A stretch of DNA of 38,867 nt from a virus. Taxonomy: Duplodnaviria > Heunggongvirae > Uroviricota > Caudoviricetes. Of the stretch, positions 29,222 to 38,867 are shown one piece after another (the first letter of the stretch is position 1; every line of letters begins with the position of its first letter). The notes beneath the pieces were generated by a model. It was not told where the DNA came from and did no database searches. It was given only the letters and a program-made list of their open reading frames with translations. The position numbers and the translations under genes are program-made. Location of the stretch: positions 1 through 38,867 of IMG/VR virus record IMGVR_UViG_2526164634_000034. One strand, written 5' to 3'.

Positions 29222-29548
29222 ATGGATGCACAAACACGCCGCCGCGAACGTCGCGCAGAGAAACAGGCTCAATGGAAAGCAGCAAATCCCCTGTTGGTTG
29301 GGGTAAGCGCAAAACCAGTTAACCGCCCTATTCTCTCGCTGAATCGCAAACCGAAATCACGAGTAGAAAGCGCACTGAATCCGATAGACCTTACGGTGCT
29401 GGCTGAATACCACGAACAGATTGAAAACAACCTGCAACGTATTGAGCGCAAGAATCAGCGCACATGGTACAGCAAACCACGCAGTGAAATGGGTGTGACT
29501 TGTGTTGGTCGCCAGAAAATGAAATTAGGCAGCAAACCACTTATTTGA
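29222..29548 (+). CDS. N: Antiterminator N
   Basis: 108 aa, MDAQTRRRERRAEKQAQWKAANPLLVGVSAKPVNRPILSLNRK... with arginine-rich motif; near-identical to recalled lambda N in its N-terminal two thirds. Confidence 0.95.
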   Translation: MDAQTRRRERRAEKQAQWKAANPLLVGVSAKPVNRPILSLNRKPKSRVESALNPIDLTVLAEYHEQIENNLQRIERKNQRTWYSKPRSEMGVTCVGRQKMKLGSKPLI

Positions 29549-29569
29549 GGTGAGGGTAATGACTCCAAC

Positions 29570-30073
29570 TTATTGATAGTGTTTTATGTTCAGATAATGC
29601 CCGATGACTTTGTCATGCAGCTCCACCGATTTTGAGAACGACAGCGACTTCCGTCCCAGCCGTGCCAGGTGCTGCCTCAGATTCAGGTTATGCCGCTCAA
29701 TTCGCTGCGTATATCGCTTGCTGATTACGTGCAGCTTTCCCTTCAGGCGGGATTCATACAGCGGCCAGCCATCCGTCATCCATATCACCACGTCAAAGGG
29801 TGACAGCAGGCTCATAAGACGCCCCAGCGTCGCCATAGTGCGTTCACCGAATACGTGCGCAACAACCGTCTTCCGGAGCCTGTCATACGCGTAAAACAGC
29901 CAGCGCTGGCGCGATTTAGCCCCGACGTATCCCCACTGTTCGTCCATTTCCGCGCAGACGATGACGTCACTGCCCGGCTGTATGCGCGAGGTTACCGACT
30001 GCGGCCTGAGTTTTTTAAATGGCGGAAAATCGTGTTGAGGCCAACGCCCATAATGCGGGCGGTTGCCCGGCAT
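29570..30073 (-). CDS. insB: IS1 transposase InsB
   Basis: 167 aa, [37 protein letters not shown]... Confidence 0.95.
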   Translation of the reverse strand: MPGNRPHYGRWPQHDFPPFKKLRPQSVTSRIQPGSDVIVCAEMDEQWGYVGAKSRQRWLFYAYDRLRKTVVAHVFGERTMATLGRLMSLLSPFDVVIWMTDGWPLYESRLKGKLHVISKRYTQRIERHNLNLRQHLARLGRKSLSFSKSVELHDKVIGHYLNIKHYQ

Positions 30074-30267
30074 CCAACGCCATTCATGGCCATATCAATG
30101 ATTTTCTGGTGCGTACCGGGTTGAGAAGCGGTGTAAGTGAACTGCAGTTGCCATGTTTTACGGCAGTGAGAGCAGAGATAGCGCTGATGTCCGGCGGTGC
30201 TTTTGCCGTTACGCACCACCCCGTCAGTAGCTGAACAGGAGGGACAGCTGATAGAAACAGAAGCCAC
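29992..30267 (-). CDS. insA: IS1 InsA
   Basis: 91 aa, [40 protein letters not shown]... Confidence 0.95.
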   Translation of the reverse strand: MASVSISCPSCSATDGVVRNGKSTAGHQRYLCSHCRKTWQLQFTYTASQPGTHQKIIDMAMNGVGCRATARIMGVGLNTIFRHLKNSGRSR

Positions 30268-30333
30268 TGGAGCACCTCAAAAACACCATCATACACTAAA
30301 TCAGTAAGTTGGCAGCATCACCTGAGGTGAGAT

Positions 30334-30804
30334 ATGACAAAATCATGGAGAGTACCTTTTCCTGAATCAGAAACTGAACATGATGGAATGCCTGTTTTCT
30401 GGAGATTCCAGGCGACAGTTGAAGAAGATGGGATAAAAATATTCGCACTTCAATATATAGCTTTTCATCAGACAGAGCATTATGCATGGTTGGTTCCTGC
30501 GCATTGGATTGTTAATTTTAAACCAGCACCAAATCAGTGGTTACAGGAATGGAAACAAAGGAGAAATAGATATGCAATTAAGAAAGTAGCAAAAAATGCA
30601 GAAAGATCTTTTGCATTCCCAACGAAGAAACTTGCTATTGAAAGTTTATTGCGCCGGAAGAAATACCATTTAATGAGAATAAAACAAGATTTGGCTGTTG
30701 TATCAACTCTTGTTGATGGGATGAAAAATATTGATACATCAACACCAGATATTGAATATAACTTTGGACACAACCAAGAAACAGAAAATTGGGTATTCTA
30801 CTAG
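30334..30804 (+). CDS. Hypothetical 156-aa protein, first gene after N (ral position)
   Basis: ORF whose Shine-Dalgarno lies inside the IS1 target duplication; AT-rich by eye; no recognisable motif. Confidence 0.55.
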   Translation: MTKSWRVPFPESETEHDGMPVFWRFQATVEEDGIKIFALQYIAFHQTEHYAWLVPAHWIVNFKPAPNQWLQEWKQRRNRYAIKKVAKNAERSFAFPTKKLAIESLLRRKKYHLMRIKQDLAVVSTLVDGMKNIDTSTPDIEYNFGHNQETENWVFY

Positions 30805-30828
30805 GCCGCATAGTCGGCCTTTATTTTT
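30803..30828 (+). terminator. Rho-independent terminator
   Basis: AGGCCG-CATAGT-CGGCCT followed by TTATTTTTGG, immediately after the 156-aa ORF. Confidence 0.55.
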
Positions 30829-30850
30829 GGCATAAATAACAGAGGCTAAC

Positions 30851-31147
30851 ATGGAATTTAAAGGTACTGAAGGTAAATGGGAAATAATGATGGATGGCGA
30901 TGAGATTAAAATCATCCAGGCAGACTCTCTTGAAAATGGCACAGGCTGGCGTTCGTATATTGCAATCTGTGAGGAAGTTCAATGCATTGAAGATGCCAAT
31001 CTAATAGCGGCAGCACCTGACCTTCTCGAAGCACTTCAGTTATTACTTAAGCAAACCAAAAATAGAACAACGACAACATATCCAGAATGGTATGGAGCTG
31101 TTAATAAAGGTCTCGCAGCAATCAGAAAAGCCATAGGTGATGAGTAA
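30851..31147 (+). CDS. Hypothetical 98-aa protein
   Basis: Contains ANLIAAAPDLLEALQ, loosely resembling the NAEFIAAANPATVLALLDE segment of the Ea22-like protein at 37317..38033; preceded by AGGCTAACATGG. Confidence 0.5.
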   Translation: MEFKGTEGKWEIMMDGDEIKIIQADSLENGTGWRSYIAICEEVQCIEDANLIAAAPDLLEALQLLLKQTKNRTTTTYPEWYGAVNKGLAAIRKAIGDE

Positions 31148-31305
31148 TGAATAAGAAATACATCGTTGAAGTTATAGAGCGAGAAACGAAAGAAGTAATT
31201 AAACATTTCGAATTTGATAATTATAGAAAAGCTGACCGCGTAGAAGAAGGATTGTTGCGACAAAGTAATCTCGAAAAATTTGATGTTGTCATGCGATGCG
31301 AATAA
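31147..31305 (+). CDS. Hypothetical 52-aa protein
   Basis: Start overlaps the upstream stop (TAATG); MNKKYIVEVIERETKEVIKHFEFDNYRKADRVEEGLLRQSNLEKFDVVMRCE; not in the ORF track (<60 aa). Confidence 0.35.
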   Translation: MNKKYIVEVIERETKEVIKHFEFDNYRKADRVEEGLLRQSNLEKFDVVMRCE

Positions 31306-31396
31306 GCGCCTATAGCAGATTTACGAGTCTGCTATGTGAGCAATGTCGCTCGTAACTAAACAGGAGCCGACTTGTTCTGATTATTGGAAATCTTCT

Positions 31397-31424
31397 TTGC
31401 CCTCCAGTGTGAGGGCAATTTTTT
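31397..31424 (+). terminator. Rho-independent terminator
   Basis: TTGCCCTC-CAGTGT-GAGGGCAA followed by TTTTTT. Confidence 0.55.
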
Positions 31425-31523
31425 GACGGAGGAAATATGAAATTACGTGTCTGGCATATCCCGCAAGTACCTATGAAGCCGTTCATTGTAGAAGTGGCAA
31501 GTGTTGAAGAGGGTGTTCGCCTG

Positions 31524-33593
<2,070 letters not shown>

Positions 33594-33742
33594 TTATCAG
33601 AGATGGGGCTTACGGATCGCTGGGTAGATTGGTACAGCGAATGCCAATGTTACGACGCCCCACGTAAATATATCGAAAGCCTGAAAGAAGAAACCTCAGC
33701 AGCCTGAGCGCGGATTTGACGCATACAAATTAAGGAGGATAT

Positions 33743-34711
33743 ATGAGTGAAGTAACAGATTTAGTTGTTATTGAAAAAGCAAATGCAATGACTGTATTTC
33801 AGTCTGCCGACCAGATTGAAGAAATCCTTCAAAAGGTTGAACGTGAAGTTATGTCCTTTGTGCCTGATATCACAACGGCAAAGGGCAGAAAGGAGATCGC
33901 TTCTCTGGCGTATAAAGTTGCGCAGACGAAAACATATCTCGATGGTCTTGGCAAAGACCTTGTTGCTGAACTGAAGGAAATTCCAAAGCTAATTGATGCC
34001 AACCGCAAGACAGTGCGCGATCGCCTTGATGAACTGAAAGCCAAGGCGCGCCAGCCTCTTACTGATTATGAGGAAGAACAGGCGCGGATTAAAGCCGAAG
34101 AAGAAGCTAAGGCAGCAGCTGAAGCTCTCGCAAAGCAAATTGAGTCTGACCATGAAATAGCGATTTTGATGGATCGCGAATTTGACCGCCAAAGAGAAGA
34201 GGCAAGACTCAAAGCGGAGCAGGAAAAGCGAGAGCATGAAGAACGCTTAAAAAGAGAAGCTGAAGAGAAAGCCAGAGCAGAAGCCGAAGCAAAGGCAAAA
34301 GCCGAAATTGAAGCAGCAGCAAGGCGAGAAGCAGAAGCTAAGGCCGCAGCGGAACGTGCAGAGCGTGAACGCATTGAAGCCGAGCAACGAGCACAGCGCG
34401 AAGCAAAAGAGGCAGCAGAACGAGCTGAAAGAGAAAAGCAGGCAGCAATTGAAGCAGAACGCAGAAAAGCACAGGAGGAGGCTGAACAAATCCGTCGCGA
34501 TGCTGAAGCAAAAGAGCAAGCCAGAATAGCAGAAGAAAAAAGAATCAAGGACGAAGAAGAGCGTAGAGCAAAGGATAAAGCTCACCGGAAAGACGTAAAT
34601 AACAAAATACTTGCTGACCTTATCAAGGTTGGTGCATCAGAAGATGTTGCTAAAAATATCATAACAGCCATCGTAAAAGGCGAAGTATTCGCAACAAAAA
34701 TAACCTACTAA
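33743..34711 (+). CDS. Hypothetical 322-aa protein with long charged coiled-coil region
   Basis: Structured N-terminal ~100 aa, then about 170 aa of E/A/K/R-rich heptad-like sequence and a short C-terminal domain; preceded by AAGGAGG. Confidence 0.5.
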   Translation: MSEVTDLVVIEKANAMTVFQSADQIEEILQKVEREVMSFVPDITTAKGRKEIASLAYKVAQTKTYLDGLGKDLVAELKEIPKLIDANRKTVRDRLDELKAKARQPLTDYEEEQARIKAEEEAKAAAEALAKQIESDHEIAILMDREFDRQREEARLKAEQEKREHEERLKREAEEKARAEAEAKAKAEIEAAARREAEAKAAAERAERERIEAEQRAQREAKEAAERAEREKQAAIEAERRKAQEEAEQIRRDAEAKEQARIAEEKRIKDEEERRAKDKAHRKDVNNKILADLIKVGASEDVAKNIITAIVKGEVFATKITY

Positions 34712-34735
34712 TAAAACCAACATAAGGAACCACCC

Positions 34736-34867
34736 ATGATTTACGCAATCGCGGGAGGCGCTCGCATGGGTGCCTTCCAACTAAATGAATCTTTACTTGA
34801 ACGAATCACCCGTAAATTACGTGACGGATGGAAAAGAGTTGAGGTCTTATTATGCGCAATGAAATAG
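34736..34867 (+). CDS. cIII: CIII-like FtsH inhibitor
   Basis: 43-aa ORF (not in track) containing ESLLERITRKLRDGWKR, the recalled conserved core of lambda CIII; AAGGAA upstream. Confidence 0.75.
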   Translation: MIYAIAGGARMGAFQLNESLLERITRKLRDGWKRVEVLLCAMK

Positions 34868-35004
34868 CCATCAATCACCAGATGCTTCGTGCTGCACAAA
34901 ACAAAGCAGTAATAGCCAGATTTATTGGTGATTCAAAAATGTGGCTTGAAGCAAATAAAGCGATGAAATCAGCTATCAACCATCCGTGGTATCGCAGGAA
35001 ATGA
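34852..35004 (+). CDS. kil: Kil-like host division inhibitor
   Basis: 50-aa ORF (not in track); AVIARFIGDSKMW resembles recalled lambda Kil (IATFIGDEKMF); GAGG upstream; directly after cIII as in lambda. Confidence 0.55.
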   Translation: MRNEIAINHQMLRAAQNKAVIARFIGDSKMWLEANKAMKSAINHPWYRRK

Positions 35005-35159
35005 GTTTTACAGATAACTGGTCAGACGAAGAATTCATTCGTCAAATGAAAGATTTAATCGGTAACGAAGGAGATATTCATGTCACTTGCAACCACAGTG
35101 AAGGAGAGCAAGTTACAGAGACGCATGTACACGCAGAAAGCTCTCTGGTATCGCCATAA
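35001..35159 (+). CDS. Hypothetical 52-aa protein
   Basis: ORF translationally coupled to kil (ATGA overlap); no recognisable motif. Confidence 0.3.
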   Translation: MSFTDNWSDEEFIRQMKDLIGNEGDIHVTCNHSEGEQVTETHVHAESSLVSP

Positions 35160-35260
35160 TGGCGACCGCGAAGGAATGCGGGTATGCCTTAATTTGTCCC
35201 GAGTCGAAGTATTAAATCAGCGTTATTTCCTTGGGCCATGTCCATTCTGAGAACAATCAT

Positions 35261-35866
35261 ATGAGCAAAGAATTTTACGCAAGACTGGCAGCTATTCAGG
35301 AGAATCTGAACGCGCCAAAGAATCAGTACAACTCATTCGGTAAATATAAATACAGAAGCTGCGAAGACATTCTTGAAGGCGTTAAGCCGCTACTGAATGG
35401 CCTGTTTTTATCAATCAGCGATGAAGTTGTGTTGATTGGTGATCGGTATTACGTGAAAGCCACGGCAACTATTACCGATGGCGAAAACAGTCATACGGCA
35501 ACCGCCCTTGCACGAGAGGAAGAAAGCAAGAAAGGAATGGATTCTGCACAAGTTACTGGAGCTACAAGCTCTTATGCACGCAAGTATTGCCTCAATGGTT
35601 TGTTCGGCATTGATGATGCGAAAGATGCAGATACCGACGAGCATAAACATCAGCAGAACGCAGCAGCAAAGCAATCAAAACCATCACCTACACCTGAACA
35701 GGTTCTAAAAGCATTCACTGACGCAGCATTGCAGAAAAACACCGTGGAAGAGCTTAAACAGGCGTTCGCCAAAGCGTGGAAGATGCTCGAAGGCACACCG
35801 GAGCAGCACAAAGCGCAGGACGTTTACAACATCAGACGAGACGAATTAGAAGGAGCTGCTGCTTAA
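35261..35866 (+). CDS. erf: Erf single-strand annealing recombinase
   Basis: From the internal ATG: MSKEFYARLAAIQENLNAPKNQYNSFGKYKYRSCEDILEG..., matching recalled P22 Erf. Confidence 0.8.
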   Translation: MSKEFYARLAAIQENLNAPKNQYNSFGKYKYRSCEDILEGVKPLLNGLFLSISDEVVLIGDRYYVKATATITDGENSHTATALAREEESKKGMDSAQVTGATSSYARKYCLNGLFGIDDAKDADTDEHKHQQNAAAKQSKPSPTPEQVLKAFTDAALQKNTVEELKQAFAKAWKMLEGTPEQHKAQDVYNIRRDELEGAAA

Positions 35867-36247
35867 TGGCACATTCGATTACTGTAAGACTAAACAAGCC
35901 CGCAAGAGAGTTTCAGGCCGGGGAAAATATCGGATTCAACATCCGTGCTGGCGTTCAGTATTACGATCGCCAGACAAAAAAGAAAGAATGGACAAACTAC
36001 AGCGCCGTTGTATTTGCCAAGCCGGGAGCCAAGCGGATTACTACCGTAGTGTTCTTGTTGAAGGTGGCATTGTGGAAATTACCGGAGAAACATCAGGGTT
36101 GATGTTTATCAGGGGCAAAATGGTCAATCAATCACTCTTGAATTACTGAATGCAAAGATTGGATTTGCAACTTCAGGAAACAGCCAACAGCAGCAAAGTA
36201 GCAATCATCAAAATCATCCTGTATACGACGATTCCATCCCATTCTGA
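35866..36247 (+). pseudogene. SSB-like gene apparently disrupted by two -1 frameshifts
   Basis: Frame 1 (35866..36102) encodes an OB-fold-like N-terminus; frame 0 continues QADYYRSVLVEGGIVEITGE; frame 2 ends in an SSB-type acidic tail ...PVYDDSIPF (stop 36245..36247). Confidence 0.5.
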
Positions 36248-36270
36248 TTTAGAAAAATAAGGATTTAATT

Positions 36271-36567
36271 ATGCCGGCGCCTCTGTATGGTGCGGATGAC
36301 CCGCGCCGCTGTTCCGGCAATTCCGTATCGGAGGTGCTGGATAAATTCAGAAAAAACTACGATCGAATAATGTCTCTACCGCAGGAAACGAAAGAGGAAA
36401 AGGAATTTCGCTATTGTATATGGCTTGCAGAGAAAGAAGAACGCAAGCGAATTTACCAGACATCAATCCGACCATTCCGCAAAGCCACATATACCCACTT
36501 CCCTGAATATATCGACCCGCGCCTGCGTAATTACCGCTCACGCTATGGCGCTATCAGTAATGACTGA
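36271..36567 (+). CDS. Abc2-like protein (putative anti-RecBCD)
   Basis: 98 aa starting [22 protein letters not shown]...; position after erf matches P22 abc genes; sequence match to Abc2 is from uncertain recall. Confidence 0.45.
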   Translation: MPAPLYGADDPRRCSGNSVSEVLDKFRKNYDRIMSLPQETKEEKEFRYCIWLAEKEERKRIYQTSIRPFRKATYTHFPEYIDPRLRNYRSRYGAISND

Positions 36568-36575
36568 GGAATTTA

Positions 36576-36742
36576 CCATGAGAGGACTTGCATACAATCC
36601 CGGCATTCTTCCGGCAGAAATGATTATTCGCCAACGCGTAAAGCCAATGCCATCGAGAGAGGAATTGCTTAAGAGAAATAGTTTCGGTTCTGTTAATGAC
36701 AACAAATGTCTGAATGCGATGTGGCGGAGTGGGAAGAAATGA
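36576..36742 (+). CDS. Hypothetical 55-aa protein
   Basis: Internal ATG with GAGG upstream, after the abc2-like stop; the longer track ORF (36425..) overlaps the upstream gene. Confidence 0.35.
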
Positions 36743-37320
36743 AACAAATGACACTAATTGAGATGGATGGTTTTCTGAAAGGTGAATGCATCCCACGAGA
36801 TTTAAAGGTTAACGAAACAAACGCTGAATATCTTGTCCGTAAGTTCGGTGAACTTGAATCAAAACTAGAAACGGCGTTGCGGGAGTGTCGTTCTGCTGGA
36901 ATCACGATTGATAACCTTGAGGCCAAGTGCGCGGCGCTGGTAGCGGAGAGTGCGGGGATGAAGAAGTTCTGCAAAGACGCTGCATTCGATGCCGATTACG
37001 AAGCAGAGCTAGGTATGGAGCGTGGTGGATTCAGTGATGCGCTTAACGAAATCAAAACCCCAGCCACCGATGCTTTCCTGGCTGAAGTGAAGACTGAAGC
37101 ACGCAAGGAAGGCGCTTACTTTGTGGCGAACAGAATGCTGGCTGCCTGGGAAGCCGGTTTTATTGATGATACTGCGAAGAACGCAGCGGATATTGCCCGG
37201 ATGATTCTTACCTCAACTGAGTTTATGGCTAATGCACCGGAAGGAGATTTTGACCGCTCATTCTCTGATGGCGTTCTCGAAGATATCGCCGCCCAGCTTC
37301 GCAAAGGAGGCAACCAGTGA
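36739..37320 (+). CDS. Hypothetical 193-aa protein
   Basis: Start set to the ATG overlapping the upstream stop (ATGA); no recognisable motif. Confidence 0.5.
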   Translation: MKQMTLIEMDGFLKGECIPRDLKVNETNAEYLVRKFGELESKLETALRECRSAGITIDNLEAKCAALVAESAGMKKFCKDAAFDADYEAELGMERGGFSDALNEIKTPATDAFLAEVKTEARKEGAYFVANRMLAAWEAGFIDDTAKNAADIARMILTSTEFMANAPEGDFDRSFSDGVLEDIAAQLRKGGNQ

Positions 37321-38033
37321 GCAATATTGACTATCAGGCACTGCGTGAAAAGGCAGAGAAAGCAACGAGTGGTGTGTGGTCGCTAGAATATGGAGAGGAG
37401 AGATTTGATGCTGGTGATGCGCTAATTCATCGTGAAGTTGTTGGATATCTTCCCATTTGCAGAATTGAAGGAGCGCATCCTGAAAGCGGTTTCGATGAAG
37501 ATTTCCAAATGGAACAGCAGGCCAATGCTGAATTCATCGCCGCAGCCAATCCGGCTACCGTGCTGGCACTACTGGATGAACGGGAAAGGAACCAGCAATA
37601 CATCAAATCCCGCGACCAGGAGAACGAGGATATTGCGCTAACGGTAGGGAAGCTGCGCGTTGAGCTGGAAGGCAAAGACAGCAAAATAGCCAATCTTACC
37701 GCCGAACGCGATGCTCTTCGTGAAGGTGAGATGGGCGACGCTAGGCATAGCAACACACGGGCCGCAGCTGATATCTACTTCCAACTGGTCGAGGAGTGCG
37801 AAATTCCTGCTGGCGGTTCTCTGGTCGAGTACGTTGACGATATGCGCGAGAAGCTGGAAGCCGCAGAGAAGCGCATAGCAGAACTGGAGGAGCGGGAAAT
37901 ACTGCTCCCGGAACGTAGCAGCATGCTTCATCGAACAGATTTTCACGATGATTACCAAACGGTAATGGCATACAAAGTTTCTGAAGTCATCGATGCAATC
38001 CGCGCTACTGGCATTCGCATCAAAGGAGAGTGA
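37317..38033 (+). CDS. Ea22-like protein
   Basis: GTG start with AAGGAGG upstream; ALLDERERNQQYIKSRDQENEDIALTVGKLRVELE and C-terminal ...GIRIKGE match recalled lambda Ea22. Confidence 0.8.
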   Translation: MSNIDYQALREKAEKATSGVWSLEYGEERFDAGDALIHREVVGYLPICRIEGAHPESGFDEDFQMEQQANAEFIAAANPATVLALLDERERNQQYIKSRDQENEDIALTVGKLRVELEGKDSKIANLTAERDALREGEMGDARHSNTRAAADIYFQLVEECEIPAGGSLVEYVDDMREKLEAAEKRIAELEEREILLPERSSMLHRTDFHDDYQTVMAYKVSEVIDAIRATGIRIKGE

Positions 38034-38035
38034 TA

Positions 38036-38271
38036 TGGCAACTTTGAAAAAAGAAGATCGTTTTACCAAAAAACAAATCGCCGAGGCAAAAATCCTCGAT
38101 AACAACGGAACCTACTTCATCAACGGTTCCATTCTTCCAGTTTATATCAATGAGGATGGAGACACTTACCTTATTGAAGAGTACGAAAAAGGCGAGCCGA
38201 GCGAACACCTCATTAAAGATTTGTTCGCGGATGGCGTTATTGTTGCGGTTAATCCAATCGGATACAACTGA
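38036..38271 (+). CDS. Hypothetical 78-aa protein
   Basis: ATG with AAAGGAGAG upstream; MATLKKEDRFTKKQIAEAKILDNNGTYFINGS... Confidence 0.45.
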
Positions 38272-38281
38272 GGCATAATTT

Positions 38282-38587
38282 ATGACCACTTTCACCGACA
38301 AAGAACTGATTAAAGAAATCAAAGAGCGTATCAGCAGCCTGGACGTTCGAGACAATATTGAGCGCCGTGCTTATGAAATCGCACTCCTATCTCTGGAAGT
38401 AGAACCAGATGAACGCGAAGCTTATGAATTATTCATGGAAAAGCGTTTCGGTGACTTAGTAGATCGTCGGAGAGCAAAAAACGGCGATAACGAATACATG
38501 GCATGGGATATGACTCTCGGTTGGATCGTCTGGCAGCAACGAGCTGGTATCCATTTTTCAACAATGTCACAGCAAGAGGTGAAATAA
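38282..38587 (+). CDS. Hypothetical 101-aa protein
   Basis: ORF with GAGG upstream; no recognisable motif. Confidence 0.5.
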   Translation: MTTFTDKELIKEIKERISSLDVRDNIERRAYEIALLSLEVEPDEREAYELFMEKRFGDLVDRRRAKNGDNEYMAWDMTLGWIVWQQRAGIHFSTMSQQEVK

Positions 38588-38675
38588 TGGAGCCATACAG
38601 CCTCACACTCGATGAGGCCTGTACATATCTGATAGATCCGCTATATGGCGGTTTCTTTTTGCCTGGAGAATTAAG

Positions 38676-38867
38676 ATGACCGATACCAGCCTGATTCCTG
38701 AGAAAGAAGTGATGAACAAGCTCGGTGTTTCATCACGTCAGACAATCTGGAACTATACCAAACGGCACGGATTTCCGAAGCCAGTCAGAACCCACCCCAA
38801 ATCATACCTTCGTGAAGCTGTTGAAGGGTGGATTCTTAACGGTGGCGTTAATCAGAAATGCTCCTGA
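38676..38867 (+). CDS. xis: Excisionase / AlpA-family HTH protein (putative Xis)
   Basis: 63 aa with ...KLGVSSRQTIWNYTKRHGFPKPV...W pattern typical of Xis/AlpA proteins; at the distal end of the pL operon where xis-int is expected; stop is the last codon of the window. Confidence 0.55.
   Translation: MTDTSLIPEKEVMNKLGVSSRQTIWNYTKRHGFPKPVRTHPKSYLREAVEGWILNGGVNQKCS

Larger units (their letters stand above)
29555..30322 (-). mobile_element. IS1 (768 bp) with 9-bp target-site duplication TGAGGTGAG
   Basis: Ends GGTAATGACTCCAACTTATTGATAGTG... and ...TCAGTAAGTTGGCAGCATCACC; direct repeats at 29546..29554 and 30323..30331. Confidence 0.95.

Noticed and set aside
34066-34585. Two long minus-strand ORFs (160 and 112 aa) rich in Ser/Ala/Cys/Phe
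   Set aside because: They are antisense to the coiled-coil gene and arise from its low-complexity repetitive DNA; no start context.

Overview
The window is about 39 kb of a mosaic lambdoid prophage of an enterobacterium (E. coli/Shigella type), read by eye and from the ORF track; no database search was run, and all similarity statements rest on recalled reference proteins. Minus strand, 1-17.5 kb: a P22/Sf6-type podovirus virion module (tailspike, three ejection proteins, gp14-like, tail needle, gp10-like, gp4-like, Sf6-type coat, scaffold, portal, large and small terminase). 17.5-24.5 kb: accessory genes, a lambda-type lysis cassette (S, R, Rz with embedded Rz1), lambda-type late control (Q, pR', 6S/tR') and a nin region (phosphatase, NinG/F/E/B, Dam-like methyltransferase, Lar-like). 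24.5-29.5 kb: replication (DnaB-like helicase, O-like initiator with internal iteron origin) and the immunity region (cII-like, nutR, cro, OR, cI, OL, lambda-like nutL and N). 29.5-38.9 kb, plus strand: the pL operon accessory and recombination region (cIII, kil, erf, ssb-like, abc2-like, Ea22-like, xis-like). Three insertion sequences interrupt the prophage, each with clean target-site duplications: IS10 inside the portal gene, IS1 immediately after N, and a 1954-bp IS100-like (IS21-family) element splitting a small gene. With an apparently double-frameshifted ssb-like gene this looks like a defective prophage that retains repressor, lysis and accessory loci. The best candidates for an undescribed function are a small membrane protein at the rex position between cI and OL/pL, and an AT-rich three-gene cassette directly downstream of N; neither has a recognisable domain, so both are hypotheses only.
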